64,000 nt of DNA from Vicugna vicugna (Eukaryota), in the NCBI GenBank assembly GCA_013265495.1, contig MU058384.1, positions 619,622 to 683,621 of the forward strand. The letters are read 5' to 3'. Position 1 is the first letter of the stretch, and every line of letters begins with the position of its first letter. The position numbers were made by a program, and so were the translations under genes. This document shows, piece after piece, positions 38,801 to 53,512 of the stretch. The notes beneath the pieces were generated by a model that made no database searches, was not told the origin of the DNA, and saw only the letters and a program-made list of their open reading frames with translations.

Positions 38801-40704
38801 GACCAGACCCCGAAGTCCAAGGATGTGTCTCCTCCACACTCCTCGGAGGCTCCCCGGAAGGCATTACAAGGCTACCAGGAAGTTGGGGGAAGGGCCATAG
38901 CAGCTGCTCGTCACAGACATATACACTAAGGACGCTCCCATGCATTTGTTTACTATTGGAAATCTGTCTAAATGGAAGATTTGTGTTCATTCCTGGATTA
39001 AGAATTTTTGAAAGAACTAAGGTTTTCCTTGTATTACATTCACATGGTTAATAAGAAAATTCCATTCTCTCTTTTAGACTTAGTGCCCCATATTTTCTTT
39101 TTATCCAGAGAAAGATTTAAAAATTCTCTTTAGTTTTTCAATCTCCCAAATGCCAGCCATGATATCTTCACCCACATAGTTTCCTCTTCTGAAAATTCTA
39201 CTATCATTCAAATGGAAAATGCCATTTAAATAACATGTATTCACTAATGTAGGCTAGAAATAACAGTCTATATTTTCCCTGTCAGCTAGTGAATTAGATC
39301 GTGCAGATATGTCTGTTTATTCTCTGTGAACTAGGAATCCTGACTGGATTCACAGGAAGACTAACATTTTGTCCCTGTTTCTCATTTTTTTTAAACAGTA
39401 GTTTGAAGAAAAAAAAATTATTGCTTAGACAAGAAAATATTTAAATTAAGTTTAATATTAAATGTATTAACTGATGAATATAAGTCAGGCCTGAAAAACC
39501 AAGGTCTCATGACTAACAGATTCAGAAATACTGAGATCTAGCAGTGGTGGGGGTGAATGCAGGGAGATGGTAACACACATGGGTCATTTTGTTAATGTGC
39601 TTGAAAAAGAGTCCTTGCTTCAGAGAGAGAGATTGTATGCAGAAATTTTAAATCTCTTTTTTAAAAGTATTGTTTTTATTTTTAAGCAAGAGTATAGTTG
39701 TTAAGGAAAATTTAATTTCTTGGGAGACAAAATAATATATGCATAAATTTATTCTCCCTTCTACTGTAATAATAATAACATTAATAATAATAATGTGTTT
39801 GATATAGTTTTTAATTAAAAATTACCAATAGTTAATTTAAAATGCTACATGTTTTCTAGAAGTGGTAAAAAGAGGAATAAACTTAATGTTAAATTTAATT
39901 TACTTTTATAGTATAGAAAAATGCTGTGCCCTTTCCCCTATTCATTTTGTTATATCAGTTTCACTTTCAACAGCCGTTAAATCCTCGTTAATATCCAGAG
40001 CACATATGAAACTAATTGATCTGCTGAGTTTCCCGTAGAGAATCCTCCATCTCTGATGAGAAATAAGGTCAGAAACAGAGTAATTATTATATTGAAAGTG
40101 GTCATTGTAGTCACTTTTTATATACTATACATAATAAACTTGCATAATATAATGTGGTAACTTAATGCAATTTGCTCATAATTAGAAATTACATAGTATT
40201 AAAATAAAGATTTTTCTAATTGCCTGTGAGTCAATCTCCTAAATTCATACGTTTTTATAGACTATGAAGCAAAATCTTCCCTCTAGGAAATAATTGAAAT
40301 ACTTTCATTTCCTTCCAAATAATTCCCTAAGAGAGGGGAAAAAAAAGCTTAAAGTCTTAAAAGCAACATCTTAATTTAATCTTTTTGCTGATTTTAATGT
40401 TGTGAATTTTATACAGAATATTTCACTGCAAAAAGAGCCTAATCACATCTCATTGTTAGGTGTATACTATGTAATTCAGATGTTAATTAAAGTCAGTTAA
40501 CGTAACATAAAAAACAATTACCAACTAGAAAGTTGAATTTTAAATGGTCTATCATTAAAAACAATTGAGTACAATTAACGTTTTTGTTAACATAAGCAAC
40601 ATTCCTTGACATTACCATTTTTATAGGATTATTTTAGGACAAAATGCCATTATTTTCTACCTTATGACATATTTATATGTCTTGTAAGATTTCAAATAGT
40701 AGCA

Positions 40705-41565
40705 ATACACATCAATACCAAACTTTTAAGGAAGAAAGTATGCTAGTTCTCTACAGTCTCTTTCAGACAGAAACAGAGGGAATACTTCTTAATTCATTCT
40801 ATAAGGCTAGTATTATGCTAGTATCAAATTCCACAGAGACAATACAAGAAAATAAAGAACTGCAGACCAATATTTTTCATGAACATAAATGCAAAAAATC
40901 TCTACAAAATATTAGTGAATCTAATCTAACAATATTTTAAAAGAATTAAAAACCACAAACAAATAGGGTTTATCTCAGGTATGCAAGACTGGTTCAACTT
41001 TCAAAAAATCAATTAATGTAATCTATCATATCAATAAGTTTAAAATAAAGCACTTAATCATATAAATTGATATAGATAGATCAATAGATGTAGAAAAAGC
41101 ATTTGACAAAATCCAATACCCATTCATGATAAAAACTCTCAGTAAACTAAATAGAAGAGGAACTTCCTCAACTTGATAAAGAATACCTACAAAATACCTA
41201 CAGTAAATACTTTTGATACTTACTGGTGTGAAACTGAACACTGTCTTACTAAGATCAGGCTCAAAGTAAGGATGTCACTTCTCAGCACTCCTTTTCAACA
41301 TTATACAGGAAGTTCCAGCTAATGCAATAAGACAAGAAAAGGAAATAAAAGGTATACAGATTGAGAAGAAAGGAGTAAAACTGTCTTTACAGATGGCACA
41401 ATCATCTCTGTAGATAATCCAAAACAATCAAAAAAAAGAAAAAAAAATTAAAGTGATTACAGCAAAGTTGTAGGATACCAGGTTAATATATAAAAGTCAA
41501 TCACTTTCTTATATTACAACAATGAACAAGTGAAATTTGAAATTAAAAATACCATTTATATTTGC
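40705..41565 (+). mobile_element. L1 ORF2 reverse-transcriptase-region fragment, disrupted
   Basis: Encodes YQTFKEE...NSFYKASI and [16 protein letters not shown] with frameshifts and stops. Confidence 0.9.
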
Positions 41566-41909
41566 ACACACACGAGTTGTTATTTTTGATAAATATTATT
41601 TTCTTGTGTGTGCATTTTAGCTATAACACCAGTATTTATTTTAGAATGACTTACAAGTATCGTGATAAAAAACATTGATGAAAACTTAAGAATATTGTTA
41701 CAAGTACAAAGTATCATCAGTGATTTTTTAAAATCCTTTTTAAAAATATTTATACTTATTTGGAAAATAATTGATGATATATGCTACTGCATCCAAGACC
41801 AGTGGTGCCACTGAAATTCTGTTTTATGTTCTAAGAGCTTTCTGTAGGTAACAGATATCTATGCTGTAACTTTTATCCCAATTCTTTTTTATTTATCTTG
41901 TGTTTTATT

Positions 41910-42500
41910 CCTAAACATTTTATTTGAAAAGTCAGACATAGAAGAGAATATTTACTATCTATATATTTTAGAGAATTATAAAATAATAAAGACCCATTTA
42001 CCAACTTTTTCATTGGAGAAATAGAACACTACCAATCCATTGTGCCTCCTTCAATTTTATTCCTTTCCCAGTTATCACAGATAACCATAATCTGAATTTT
42101 ATCTTAATATTTTCATTGTCTTTCCTGATAGTTTCATCTAAAAGGCATCTATTCCTAAATAAAATGTTACTTAGTGTTAACAGTTTTAAGTTTCATATAA
42201 ATGCTTTCATACTATATATAGTTTTCTGAAAAATTATTTATGCTTCAAAACAGTTTCTTTATTCATATATGTTGGTATGTACGTCTGTGCCTTATGTGTT
42301 TCATTGCTCATCAGATTTGTATGCATGACTCCATTATAATTTATCCATTTTACTATTGATGTACATTTGAGTTGTTTTCTTCCTTTTCTTAATTTTTTAT
42401 GTTTTTGCCATGAATATTCTTGTAAATTATCTAAATAGGTCATGGGAGGTGTACATGCCTTTAAATTTACTAAATCATGACAAATCTTTTCCAGTATGGC
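41910..42500 (-). mobile_element. Old L1ME-like 3' end
   Basis: Antisense phrases atttatccattttactattgatgtacatttgagttg and catgaatattcttgta. Confidence 0.6.
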
Positions 42501-42554
42501 TCTTCACTTTGCAAATATCATTAACACATATTTAAAGGAATTATTTTATATTTT

Positions 42555-42810
42555 AACTTTCTCTATGCTCAGAACAATCCTTCCACTGATCTCCTGGGTT
42601 CTTTCTTATCATCATTAGATCAAATCAAGTATCAACTAAAAGAAGCTTTTCCATTCCCAGCTGAAGCTGCTTCCCTTTCCCTGAATCTAACACATTGTCC
42701 ATTTTATATCTTTGGTAATTTTCAGTCTCCTGTCAGTAGGGTGTAAGCTCACTGAAGGAAAGTTTGTCTTATACCTTCTTTATTCCAATATCCCCAGCAC
42801 CCAGAACAGT
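42555..42810 (+). mobile_element. L2 3' fragment
   Basis: tgtaagctcactgaagg...tatccccagcacccagaacagtg matches the L2 3' end. Confidence 0.6.
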
Positions 42811-45189
42811 GACTCCACACACTGCTGGCTTTTACTGTCTTTGGTTGACTGTGGCACACTTCCGATCTCTGCATTCAGAAGGAAGTATACCCTTTGGATT
42901 TAGAATGACATGTCCTTCAGTATTATCAGCATCATTCTCATCTGTGTATTCAGTCATGGAGGCCAGATTTTTTGTTTGTTTGTTTGTCTATTTTTTTGTT
43001 CATAGATAAGCTCAATCTTATATGAAGTTTTAGTAAACACAAAATGATAAATGTTAATTATAATTATTATTCATATTTTATGGAAAAGCACTGCTCTCTT
43101 AAAAAAAAGTTATCAAATGATACTCTTTCTTTAAAAACCTAAAACATAACCAAAGGAATTTTCACTAGTTTGCTAGGCCTTAGTTTCAATAACTCTGTGT
43201 TATGACTTTCATCTTTCATGACTCAAAATTTAAAAGTATAGCAACTACTTATCAGAGAAACCAGTACTGAATTATTTGACATTATATATCACTTTGCATT
43301 GTTATTTCATTCTTCTGTCAGTGGAGCTAAGGCCATCATTGTGTCATTCAATAAAATTCAATAAAACTCAACTATACCTAGTTTTCTCAATCTTTCAAAA
43401 ATCATTATTGATAGTAAACAATTTTTAGCTGCAGTTTATATCAAACATTTTCCCTAAGCCAAAAGCTCTGGCCAAAATAATTATTTTGATTTATTTTGTC
43501 AATATAATGGCTGTCAACACATATGTTTGTGTTTAAATAAATGATTTTGTGTTTATGCATATATCTACATAGTATTAAAGCAGGGATTGTTTTGATTGTC
43601 TCAACTTCTGTGTTTTAAGCTAATTTGAAGTGACTTCACATGTGTTTAAGAACACTACAGTATTGCTATACCTCCAATGACACTGACTAGAGATAGATCT
43701 ATCATCTGTGGTATAAAGCTCTGTAGAGTTTCTTCCTTCAGATATTCCTGCCTTGCAAGAATTCCATTAAGTGATTTGCAAGAATTCCATTGCATGCTCC
43801 ATGAGTGAAGGTTAATTTTTTGGGGCTAAGGAACTATTTTTAGTCTGAAGGTTACTAAAATTTATTATTATTACTATTACTATGATTAATATTATTACTG
43901 GTATTTTATTATTTAAATGCATCCACGAGAGTAAGAATATTGAAAACAAGCTTTAACTTGGAAAAAAATTTAGCCTAGAGCTATTGCTTCAAAAAGTGGT
44001 TGGAGCACTTTGCAGAGAAACATTCTGTGGATTGTGAAGAATATTTTCCTTTGCATTACCATACCTGCCAATCAGCCTAAACTGTGGATAGCTGGTATGA
44101 AAACATAATGTGATACTATTAAACCTTTTCAAAAACAGGCAATTTAAAATATAGGGCATAGTGTGTTAGAGGTGGAAACTGTTGTTGATGAAGGAAATGT
44201 AAACCAGGTTTGAATTTTTTTACATCTTTAATTGCTCCATTTTGCATAACACATTTATTATATACAGAAACTGAATGTCTAGGACATCTAAATAAACATT
44301 CATTCAATTATTTTTTCCTTTGTCTTTAATATCCAAAATCTTTTAGACTATGACCTAGATTCAGTATATAATACCAATACCAATATTTATCAGGAAAAAT
44401 TAAAACATAAAGTATACTAATGTTGTTTCTCTGAATATTCTACCCTTGAGGATTATTTGTTTTTATTTCTCCTAACTGTATAACAACACTCCTAGGAAAC
44501 ATTAAACAATAGTTATTAAATAAAGATAAGTTTATTGAAAGAATAATAACAAACTTAGGAAGATAATTTTTATATCCAAAGATACACGTCAAATATTGTG
44601 TTTTCCAAAGGGTAAGATACACTTTTTAAAGAAAATAATAATTTTTTCAAAAAGTGTATAATAGATATAGGCTATTACTCTAGAACAGCAAAATAAAATA
44701 AAATATTGACTATCCTAAGTGAAATAAAGAATATTTTGCTTTACGTATTATAGACTTGTGTATTTAAGTTATTTTAAAATATGTTTTTATTAATTTTTTT
44801 TAGGACATGGATTGTAAGTAGCCAGATGATCTACTAGAATAAAATATAACAGTGAAAGTTTTTTTTACTCTATTTTACCAAAGTATAATAAGTTTAGTCT
44901 GATCATTTCGGATGTCTCAGAGATAAGCACAAAATTCCCAAACTACTTGATAAACACATCTAAAAGTACAAAATATATCACTCAAAAACACACTTTAAAC
45001 TGACATAGATATTTTTCTTACATCTTTTAAAAAAGAAAAGAAAGAAGTTTCTGATTAATTTTGGGATAAAACACACATTATTATGACTGGAATTGAAGTT
45101 ATGTGATTTCCTAAATTATCTACATTTTATATATATCCAAAAAAATTAGAAAAAGGAATTTAATATCAAGAATTCCACCAGTGGATAAT

Positions 45190-48100
45190 ATTGCTAAAAA
45201 TAGATATGGCCAACTTCTTATCTCAACTTTGAAATGTAGAGAGCTAAAAGAATCACCATTGCTATCCTTACATCAAAGAAAAAGCAGAGGAAACTTCAAA
45301 ATAATCACTTTCTTGGACTCATCAGAAAACTGATCAGTAAGAGCTGTCAAATAACCCAAAACCTGGGTAAAAACAGATGACTGCAAGAAAATAAAGATCC
45401 AAGGATTTACTTATTTTGAAGCAGAAATTTTCGGACACTATATAAGCTGGTAAGATGATACCTGTTTTTTTATTTTGTTTGTTTGTTTGTTTGTTTTGTT
45501 TTAAATGAATTGCCAAAGCTGAGAGTAGAGGTATTCATTTTTGTTTGTTTTAGTTTTTCAGTTGGTGTTTTTTTGTTTGTTTTTTTTGATTTTTGTGGAT
45601 GAAACAATTTATCATAAACTTGATGGGTTAAAAACACTCATATGTTATCTTAAAAATCTGGAGGTCAGAAGTCCAAAGTTAGTCTGTCAAAATTAAGGTG
45701 TCAGCAGAACTACACTTCTGGAAGCTCTGGAGTAAAACCTGACTCCTTGCTTTTTCCAGACAAGGCTGCCTGCATTCCTTGAATCATGGTCCCTTCCAAC
45801 ATCTTCAAAATTTATCACCCCAACATCAACATCTTTCATCACATCTCTTACTCCTGCCTTTGACATTCTTTCCTCTCTTTTGTAAGGACTTTTGTGGTTA
45901 CACTGGTCCCACCTGGAGAATCCAGGCTAATTTTCCCATCTAAAAGCTCCTTTACTTTTTAACAAAGTCCTTTGATATATAATTAACAAAATAATAGTTT
46001 TAGGGATTAGGTCATGGGCATCTTTGTGAAACCATTATTCAGCCTACTACATTGGGCTAGTGTGAAAGTGTAAACCCTGATATAAAGGGTTTCACTCCCT
46101 TGCAAGGCATTCACAAGGGTGTCAGGTAGAATCCTAACAAACTTTTCTTGTGGTGCTGGCTGGGGAAGAGAATAGAAATTTTGTCCAGATCCATATTCTC
46201 TTTCTCCCCTGAATGTTCATCTCAAAAGGTGCAGCAAATACTTGACAAAATTCAGCATGATTCATAATAAAACTATCAGCCAATAAAACAAAACTTCCTT
46301 AATCTAATAAAAAACATTTTAAAAAAACTTAAAGAAAGCAGCTTACTTAATAGTTAGATAATAAATATCCCCCAAGTTTAAGAACAAGGCAGGGTCATCC
46401 TCTCTCAATATTCCTATTAACATACTGAAAGTCTTGACAAATGCAGTCAGGTGAGAAAAAGAACTAAAACACATTCAGGTTGCATTATATAAGTTGCATT
46501 TATATTGATAAATGATTATTATATTCTTATATATCAGCAATGAATAATCCAACTTTGAAATCAAAATATCTTTTAGAGTAACACCAAAATGAAATACTTA
46601 GTTATAAATTTAACAGAAAAATATGGCATGTATGTTAATCATAAAACAGTGATGAACAAAATTAAACATACAAATAAATCAGGAGACATACGTTGTTCAT
46701 GGATTAGAAGATTCAAGTGATGTGAAAATGTCAATTCTCCTTAATTTAATGTATAAATTCAATGCAATTTCAATCAACATTCTGGCAATACAAATTTACT
46801 TGGAAAGGTACGGCTAAAATAGTACAAAAAAAGAAAAACAAAATTGAAAGTTTTGTATTACTTGATTTTAAGCCTTACTATAAAGCTACAGTAATCAAGA
46901 CAAATTTATATTATCAAAAGGATAGGCTAGTCTATGCTCATAGAGCATAGAGCTCAAACATACACAAAAATGCACTCAACTTTTGAGAAAGTTGTACAGA
47001 CAATTCAATGGAGAAAAAATATCTTAACATGTATGTCACATCTTATACAAAATTAATTATATCTAGATCCTAATGTAAAATGTAAAAGTATAAAACTTTT
47101 AGGAAATAACATAGGAAGAAATTTGCATGACATTGAGATTGGCAAAGACATTTTACGAATGAAATCAAAAGAAGGATCTTTAAAAGAAAACGATAAATCA
47201 GAATTTATAAATATTAAAATTTTTTTCTCTGTGAAAGATACTTTTAAAAGAATGAAAAAACAAGCCAAAGCCTGGAATGGAGTCTTTGCAACCCTATGTG
47301 TTATGGAGGAATTCTATCTAGAATATGTGAAGAATTACTAAAACTCACTATCATAAAACACAATTCCTGCCAAAAATATACATGCAGAGATCTGAACAGA
47401 AACATCATATAACAACATATATGGGCAGCAGATAAGCATATGAAAGGATGCTCATTATCATTAATATTTATGAAAATGCAAATTAAAACCAAAATGGGAT
47501 ACCACTGTATATATATTATAATAGCTAAAAACAAAATGAAACAAAAGCAAACCTGGAAGTAAAAAGAGCTCTTGAACATGCTGAGAAACTGGAATTCTCA
47601 TATATTGCTGGGAGAAAGGCAAAAATGGTACAGCCACCTTGAAATACAGTTTGGCAGTTTTTTGGGTTTTTTTTAATTTAAACATATACTTACCATTGGA
47701 CTTAGTAATTCTACCCCTAGTTATTTACCTAAGTGAATTAAAAACTTATATTTACCCAAAAGTCTGTATGCAGATGTTTATAGCAATTTTATTCATAATT
47801 GAAAAACACCTGGAAACAACCCAAATGCCCTTCAACAGATGAATGGTAAACACAGTTAGATGCATGCAAGAGGTAGACAATTACTCAGCTAAAAAAGAAA
47901 GTAACTATGGATTTACAAACATTTGGAAAATTTCAAAGCATTTTACTGAGTGTTAACAAACAAAACCCAAAGGCAATGCACCGTATGATTTCAATTATAT
48001 GACATTCTGAAAAAAGCAAACTATAGAAACACATTAATAATTCCCAGGAACGGGTGTGAGCTGTACAAAGAAGCAAGGAAAGAGAAATGAAGTTAAAAGA

Positions 48101-50060
48101 AGGAAGTTTGGGGAATGGTGAAATTATTCTGTATGGTATTGTGGTGAAAGATACATGGCTCAATGCTTTTGTCAAACCCACAGAACTGTACACCACAAAG
48201 AGTGAATTTTACTGTATGCAAATTTTTTGGGGGGGAACAGATTGACAGTAAGAGGAGGGACACCCAATATGAAATCCAGACTGTGGCTAAGATAGCTAGC
48301 TATATTACTAATATGTGACATAACCACAGTGAAACAAGTGAGAAATAAAATAGCTGCCTTAAGTAACTCAAAATGTTTTGACTAAACACTTGAAGATGAA
48401 AGACAAAAATAATTATACCCAAGCACTATGCCTTAGTACAAAAGCTTAGAGGGCTTAGCAGTTCTGAAACTACTGTACACATACATTATTTTTGAACAAA
48501 TAATTAAACATAATATAGATAATTTGGACTAAGTTTCTCACCTGAGGAGAAAAAAAGCTGTAAATAAGCAATGGATGAATGATAGATGTAGTGCTGGATT
48601 GAACTTGGAGATATGAGTAGGAACACATATTCATTGTAACATGTATACATAAGGATGGATACCGAGATGGATAGAGATGTGTGTGTACATGGCTTAGTAT
48701 ACATACATACATTTCTTAACCCTCTTACTGCCAAGAGAGCCTAGAAGCAGTCTCTGCACTGCCAAGGAAAACACTCAGCACCCATATTTTGGTTTCTAAA
48801 TACAATTCTCCAGTAGAAATCAGGGATTTCTGGGGAAATTGCTGTGGCAGGGAAAATACGGGATGATCCTGGAATACATTTCGGTGCCAGAAGGTAAGGA
48901 GTTACGAAAAATAAAAACAGTAGTAGCAATGATGACAACAACAACAATAAGAAGCAGCAGAAGAAAAGGAGATGGAAAAAGAGAGAAGAAGGAGATGATG
49001 ACAAAGGAGCCAACTGGAAAAAGCTTTCACTGGCTAAAAATGAAACACTTTGATCCATAACCTAAACAGTGATAGTCTTGGATTATAACTCAAAGAATAA
49101 AATTATCCCTGAGTCTGTAGTGATATAAGTAAGTAGTTCAATATATGATTAAATGGAGGAAAAAAGACAACTCCTTTTTTTTACAAATTCCAACGTATAT
49201 ACGTAGAAGGAATGAAGGAACTAGAAACATCACCATTAGCAGGCAAGATGGATTGAGGAGTAATAAATTTAGTAGAAGAAACTTAAGGAGAAATAGGAAA
49301 TTTGCATACCCTAAAAGGCTCTCCTCCTAAATACTTATTTACTGTGGTGGTTTTAACATGTTCACAAATTCTTTGATACCCCTTCCTCCAAGAGGTGAGC
49401 TTAATTCCCTCCCCTTTAGTATGAGCCAGGCTCAGTTACTCATTTCTAACAAATAGAGTACAGAGAATGAAGAAGAAATAAGAGTAATTTGACAGTGAAG
49501 AAGAGAAACCTAACAGGTGCTACCCTAACCAAGAGTTCAAGGTTAGCATCACAAGTAGTTAAAAAACAGTGATATCATGTGTTCTCTGATGTACAGCAAT
49601 GAGCCGGACACATCTCCACGCTGTACTTTCCCAAAATCCATATCCGCAGTCTAATCATGAGAAAACACCAAAGTGAAATTGAAGGGCCTTTTATTAAACA
49701 ACCTGAGTACTTTTCAAAAATGCAAGGTGAAATGAAAAGCAAAGAAAGATGGAGAAAATGTCAGATTCGAAGGGAAAATGAGTAGGGGATAAATGTATGT
49801 AATGTGATATTCCTGATATGATCCTGAAACATTGAAAGAGAAAACATGTAAGTGGAACAACTGGGAAAATCTAAATAATATATTTAGTTTAATTAACAGA
49901 ATTGTATCCCTGTTAGTTTCTTAATTTTGACTGTTAAATGTCATGGTCATGCAAGGTGTTAATAGTAGGTTGTCTAATGTGGGACTGGAAGAAGGATATG
50001 CAGGATTATCTTTAATCTCTTTGTTATCGTCTCCAAATCTAAATTTACATCAAAACAAAA
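45190..50060 (+). mobile_element. Old L1M remnant: putative 5' region, ORF2 pieces from ~46225 and a long 3'UTR; interrupted by an MLT1
   Basis: ORF2 motifs ttgacaaaattcagca, LDFKPYYKATVIKT and aagcatatgaaaggatgctc; L1MC/MD-like 3'UTR; assignment of 45190-45530 is less certain. Confidence 0.75.
45590..46051 (-). mobile_element. MLT1-family solo LTR
   Basis: tctggaggtcagaagtccaaa...aaggtgtcagcag...ggattaggtcatgggcatcttt...ccattattcagcctactaca. Confidence 0.8.
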
Positions 50061-51214
50061 ACTCAAACATAGATTTCACACTTAAAAGCTTTTCAGAGTG
50101 ATGCCTTAGAAAAAGTAAGTTATATCATCAGGGAAGCAATGCTTTAGACACACCTATTTAATATACAAAATCAACTGTTTATTGTAAGTGGATACGGAAT
50201 CAGAGTATATATTGCTCAGATATTTTGTTGCAATTTTTTTCAATTTGGGGATATTGATTATAATAAGCAATGTATGCACAGAGGGAAAATGGGATAAAGA
50301 AAATGAAATTCAAAAATTGGTTATTTTCACAATTGAATTTTTGAAATATATTTTGCAGTAGTATGTTTGAAATATACAATTAAGCTAAGTTATTCACTGT
50401 GTTTTGAGGAAGAAAAGTTTTCCTGCCTGCCTTCTCAATACACAACAGCAATTATCTGTGTGGATCCTTGAGTCTTAAGCGGGATTAATACACTACACTT
50501 TCCCACAAATGTTCAGTTTCCCTGCAGTGTGGAGAGAAAGTTGCAGCCGTCTGTCCTAAAAATAGGTAGATGCAAAGCTGTTAGTGCAAATGTGTGCAAT
50601 TTTTATTTGCTTGGTATATGGAATGTGAAAGAGAAGGCAAATAGTGAATATATTTCTCTTGGTTGCATGTCAGTTTCTACAGGAGTAGTATATATATTAG
50701 TTTGGAAAAAGTCTGTCCTTTGTTTAATAGTGTCAGAAATACATGTAGACAGGTACATACATATTTTATACATATATATATACATATAGAGCTTGGGCAA
50801 GTACCTAACTTTTTTTCAGCTTTGCCATACGTTGTATTTCAGGTTCCACTGGTATATAGATAAAGATTTTTAAGGGCACAGACAGCATTTTTCATCATTT
50901 CAACATATTGTATAATTCAGAAAATGTTAAAATGTTTTCTTAAAAATACGTATTTGAAAATATCTGTTCGATCATTCATTCGTTCATTCAATAAAAAAAA
51001 CTATCAGTTGCTAGCTTTTTGCATTTGTCAGAGAGATTCTGACTGTACATACCTTGCAGTCAAGCTGAAGATACAATGGGACATGCATTTGTAGGGAGAT
51101 GTTCATGCTTTTGAAGAACAAAGGCGTGTGGAAGAGGAAAAGAGACCTCAGGTGAAAACAGCTTCGGCTGACTATGAATAAGCAGTGCTTCTGAAACTTC
51201 AGTGTCAATACAAA

Positions 51215-51318
51215 CAGCCTTGGGACCCAGGCAGTAGACCTGTTGTGGGCCACGAGCTTGCGCATCTCTGCCTAAATGATGCCAGTGCTGGTGGTGTTCA
51301 GGCCACAGTTTGAGCAGA
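51215..51318. mobile_element. MER5-like hAT MITE fragment
   Basis: gatgccagtgctggtggtgttcaggccacagtttgagcag resembles the MER5A end. Confidence 0.45.
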
Positions 51319-51424
51319 GCTGAAGCATGCAGATGCTTTTAAATGCCCCAGTCAGCCTCCAGAACACTGATAGAAAGAGAGCCCTGCTTTTCATACGAAG
51401 ACAAGAGAATATAAACATATAAAG

Positions 51425-51545
51425 AGACTAGATGCCCCCACTAGGGAATACACTCCACATGAGGGTGGGGTTTTTTCTGTCTTGTTTCTTCTCTGATTGT
51501 GGTGCTCGTAACAGTGCTTAGCACATGATAAGCAATCAATAATAT
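51425..51545 (+). mobile_element. L2 3' end
   Basis: ccccactag...aacagtgcttagcacatgataagcaatcaataatattt. Confidence 0.6.
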
Positions 51546-53084
51546 TTTTTTAAAGAAATGCTTCATTGATTGGAATATATTATATGGAAGACAGGAATGT
51601 ACATCTTGATGCTTCAGAATTATGGAAAACAAATACGAAAGTCAAATATTTATTAGAGTTAGTGGGAGGTTGAAATGAATAGGACAGGATCTTCTAACAA
51701 GATATCAAAACAAACTGATAGGGAAACAGATGGAGCTTCTGGGATTATAAAATTTTTAAATATGAAAAAACCTAACTAAATTCAACCAGCAAAAAGAAGG
51801 TAAACAATTTAAGGGTGAGGTAGTATTAGTAAACCCTACCTCCTCACTAATGCCCCCTTACACACACACATTAAAGCATGAAATATTGTTTCTTTATACT
51901 TTAGGGAGAATGTATGTTTCTGTATGTAGACAATTGTTTTTTCTAAGTTCCAAGTAGGATATTGTTAAGAAGTGGTGCTTACATCATCAGCACGTTGTAA
52001 CAATCAAATGGGACAGTTTACTTAGAGCAATAAATAAAGTGCCTAGAATATAATGAGTTCAGTGAATCATCAGCTATTGATAGCTATGTTAACTGAAATA
52101 ATATGGAATAATTCAGTGCACAGATAAATACGAAACTATGAGGGATGATGAAAAGGGCATGGTGTTTGGAGAAAGAACTTCTATCTTGAGTCCTGGTTTC
52201 TTTGCTAATGGATTGTGTGACCTTCAGCCACCCCACTGGTTGCTCTGGGTATTAAATAAGGAAAAAGATTTTATAACCTCAGCAGTACTAAACAAACATT
52301 AGTTTGTATAGGCCTAGAAAAATAGAGACTATTTCTCAGTCTTCTAAATGTCATGATATTCTTGTCAACCTATGAAGATTTACTGAAAACCATACTGAGG
52401 GCAAAATATATTATGCTAAAATCCTCACACTCAGGCTTAACAGGTCTAAATTCTCAGCACCAAATAGAATTAAAGTTAGAAAAAGCCTAAAGAAAATTCA
52501 CTAGTGAATATGAACCTGCTTGGAGGGCACATGGAGGAGTGGAGGTTGCACTTATGTGTGTGGTTTTATTAAGGTATAAATCTTCCGTTATTTTGCCAGC
52601 TAACGGACAGATGGTTGCCCTAAAATGGAGTCTGGATGCAGCATCCACATACTGAATGTCATTATACACAGCACCAGCTGTGTTTAGCATATCCTTCATT
52701 TGAATTCTAGTTCAGAGGAAAGACAAAAAAAAAAAAATCATAGCCTGTCTGTGATCACCAAGTACTGTGTCCGAATGATAAAAACAGAAGGCTTTTCCAA
52801 AGAACTGAAACTTAAGGCGTGCATAGCCATGGTCGCTAGGAAATGCAAGACTGGAAATAATGACCCATCCTGGACCTATGGAATATCCTGTGTTAAACTG
52901 TACCCAGAAACTAATAATGGGAGGCCCCGGGAACATGAGAGAGGAGATGCAAGGTTAAAGAAAGTACTAGTGTAAGACAGAAGACAGGAGAAAACTCTTG
53001 GTCCGGGTGAAATGTACAAGTCTTTTTCAGCATATTTTATACAAACCTAGTTGATGCTTCTGAAAATGGGAACAAAGCTCAGAA

Positions 53085-53512
53085 TTAGTCAGCTCAGCCA
53101 CCATAACAAAAGACCACAGACTGCGGGGCTTTAACAACAGAAATTCATTTTCTCACACTTCCGCAGGCTGGAAGTCCCAGGTCAAGCCCTAGCAGCCTCA
53201 GATCCTGGTGAGGCTTCTCCTCGCAGCTGGCAGAGGGGATCTTCTTTCCGTGTCTCACGAGGTGGTGGTGATGGGGTACGAGGAGCAAGTGAGCTCTGGT
53301 GTCTCTTCTTTTTTTATAATTCTTTTTTTTTTTTTTTGAAGTGTGCTCAGTTTACAATGTTAGTTTCAGGTGTACAGCAAGGCAGTTTAGTGTCTTTTTA
53401 AGAAAAAGATCCTATCAGATCAAGGGCTGTATTTATGGCCTCATTTAATTTAATTACATCCTAAAGGCGCTATTTCCAAATACAGTCACAGTGGGGCTTA
53501 GGACGTCAACAT
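53085..53512 (-). mobile_element. MLT1A-like solo LTR containing a nested short L1 tail
   Basis: ccataacaaaagaccacagactg...aacaacagaaattcattttctcacac...ggctggaagtcc...tccaaatacagtcacagtggggcttagg. Confidence 0.85.
53311..53389 (-). mobile_element. Ultra-short L1 3' tail inserted in the MLT1
   Basis: poly(T) followed by gaagtgtgctcagtttacaatgttagtttcaggtgtacagcaa; imperfect TSD gtgtctcttctt / gtgtcttttt. Confidence 0.75.
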
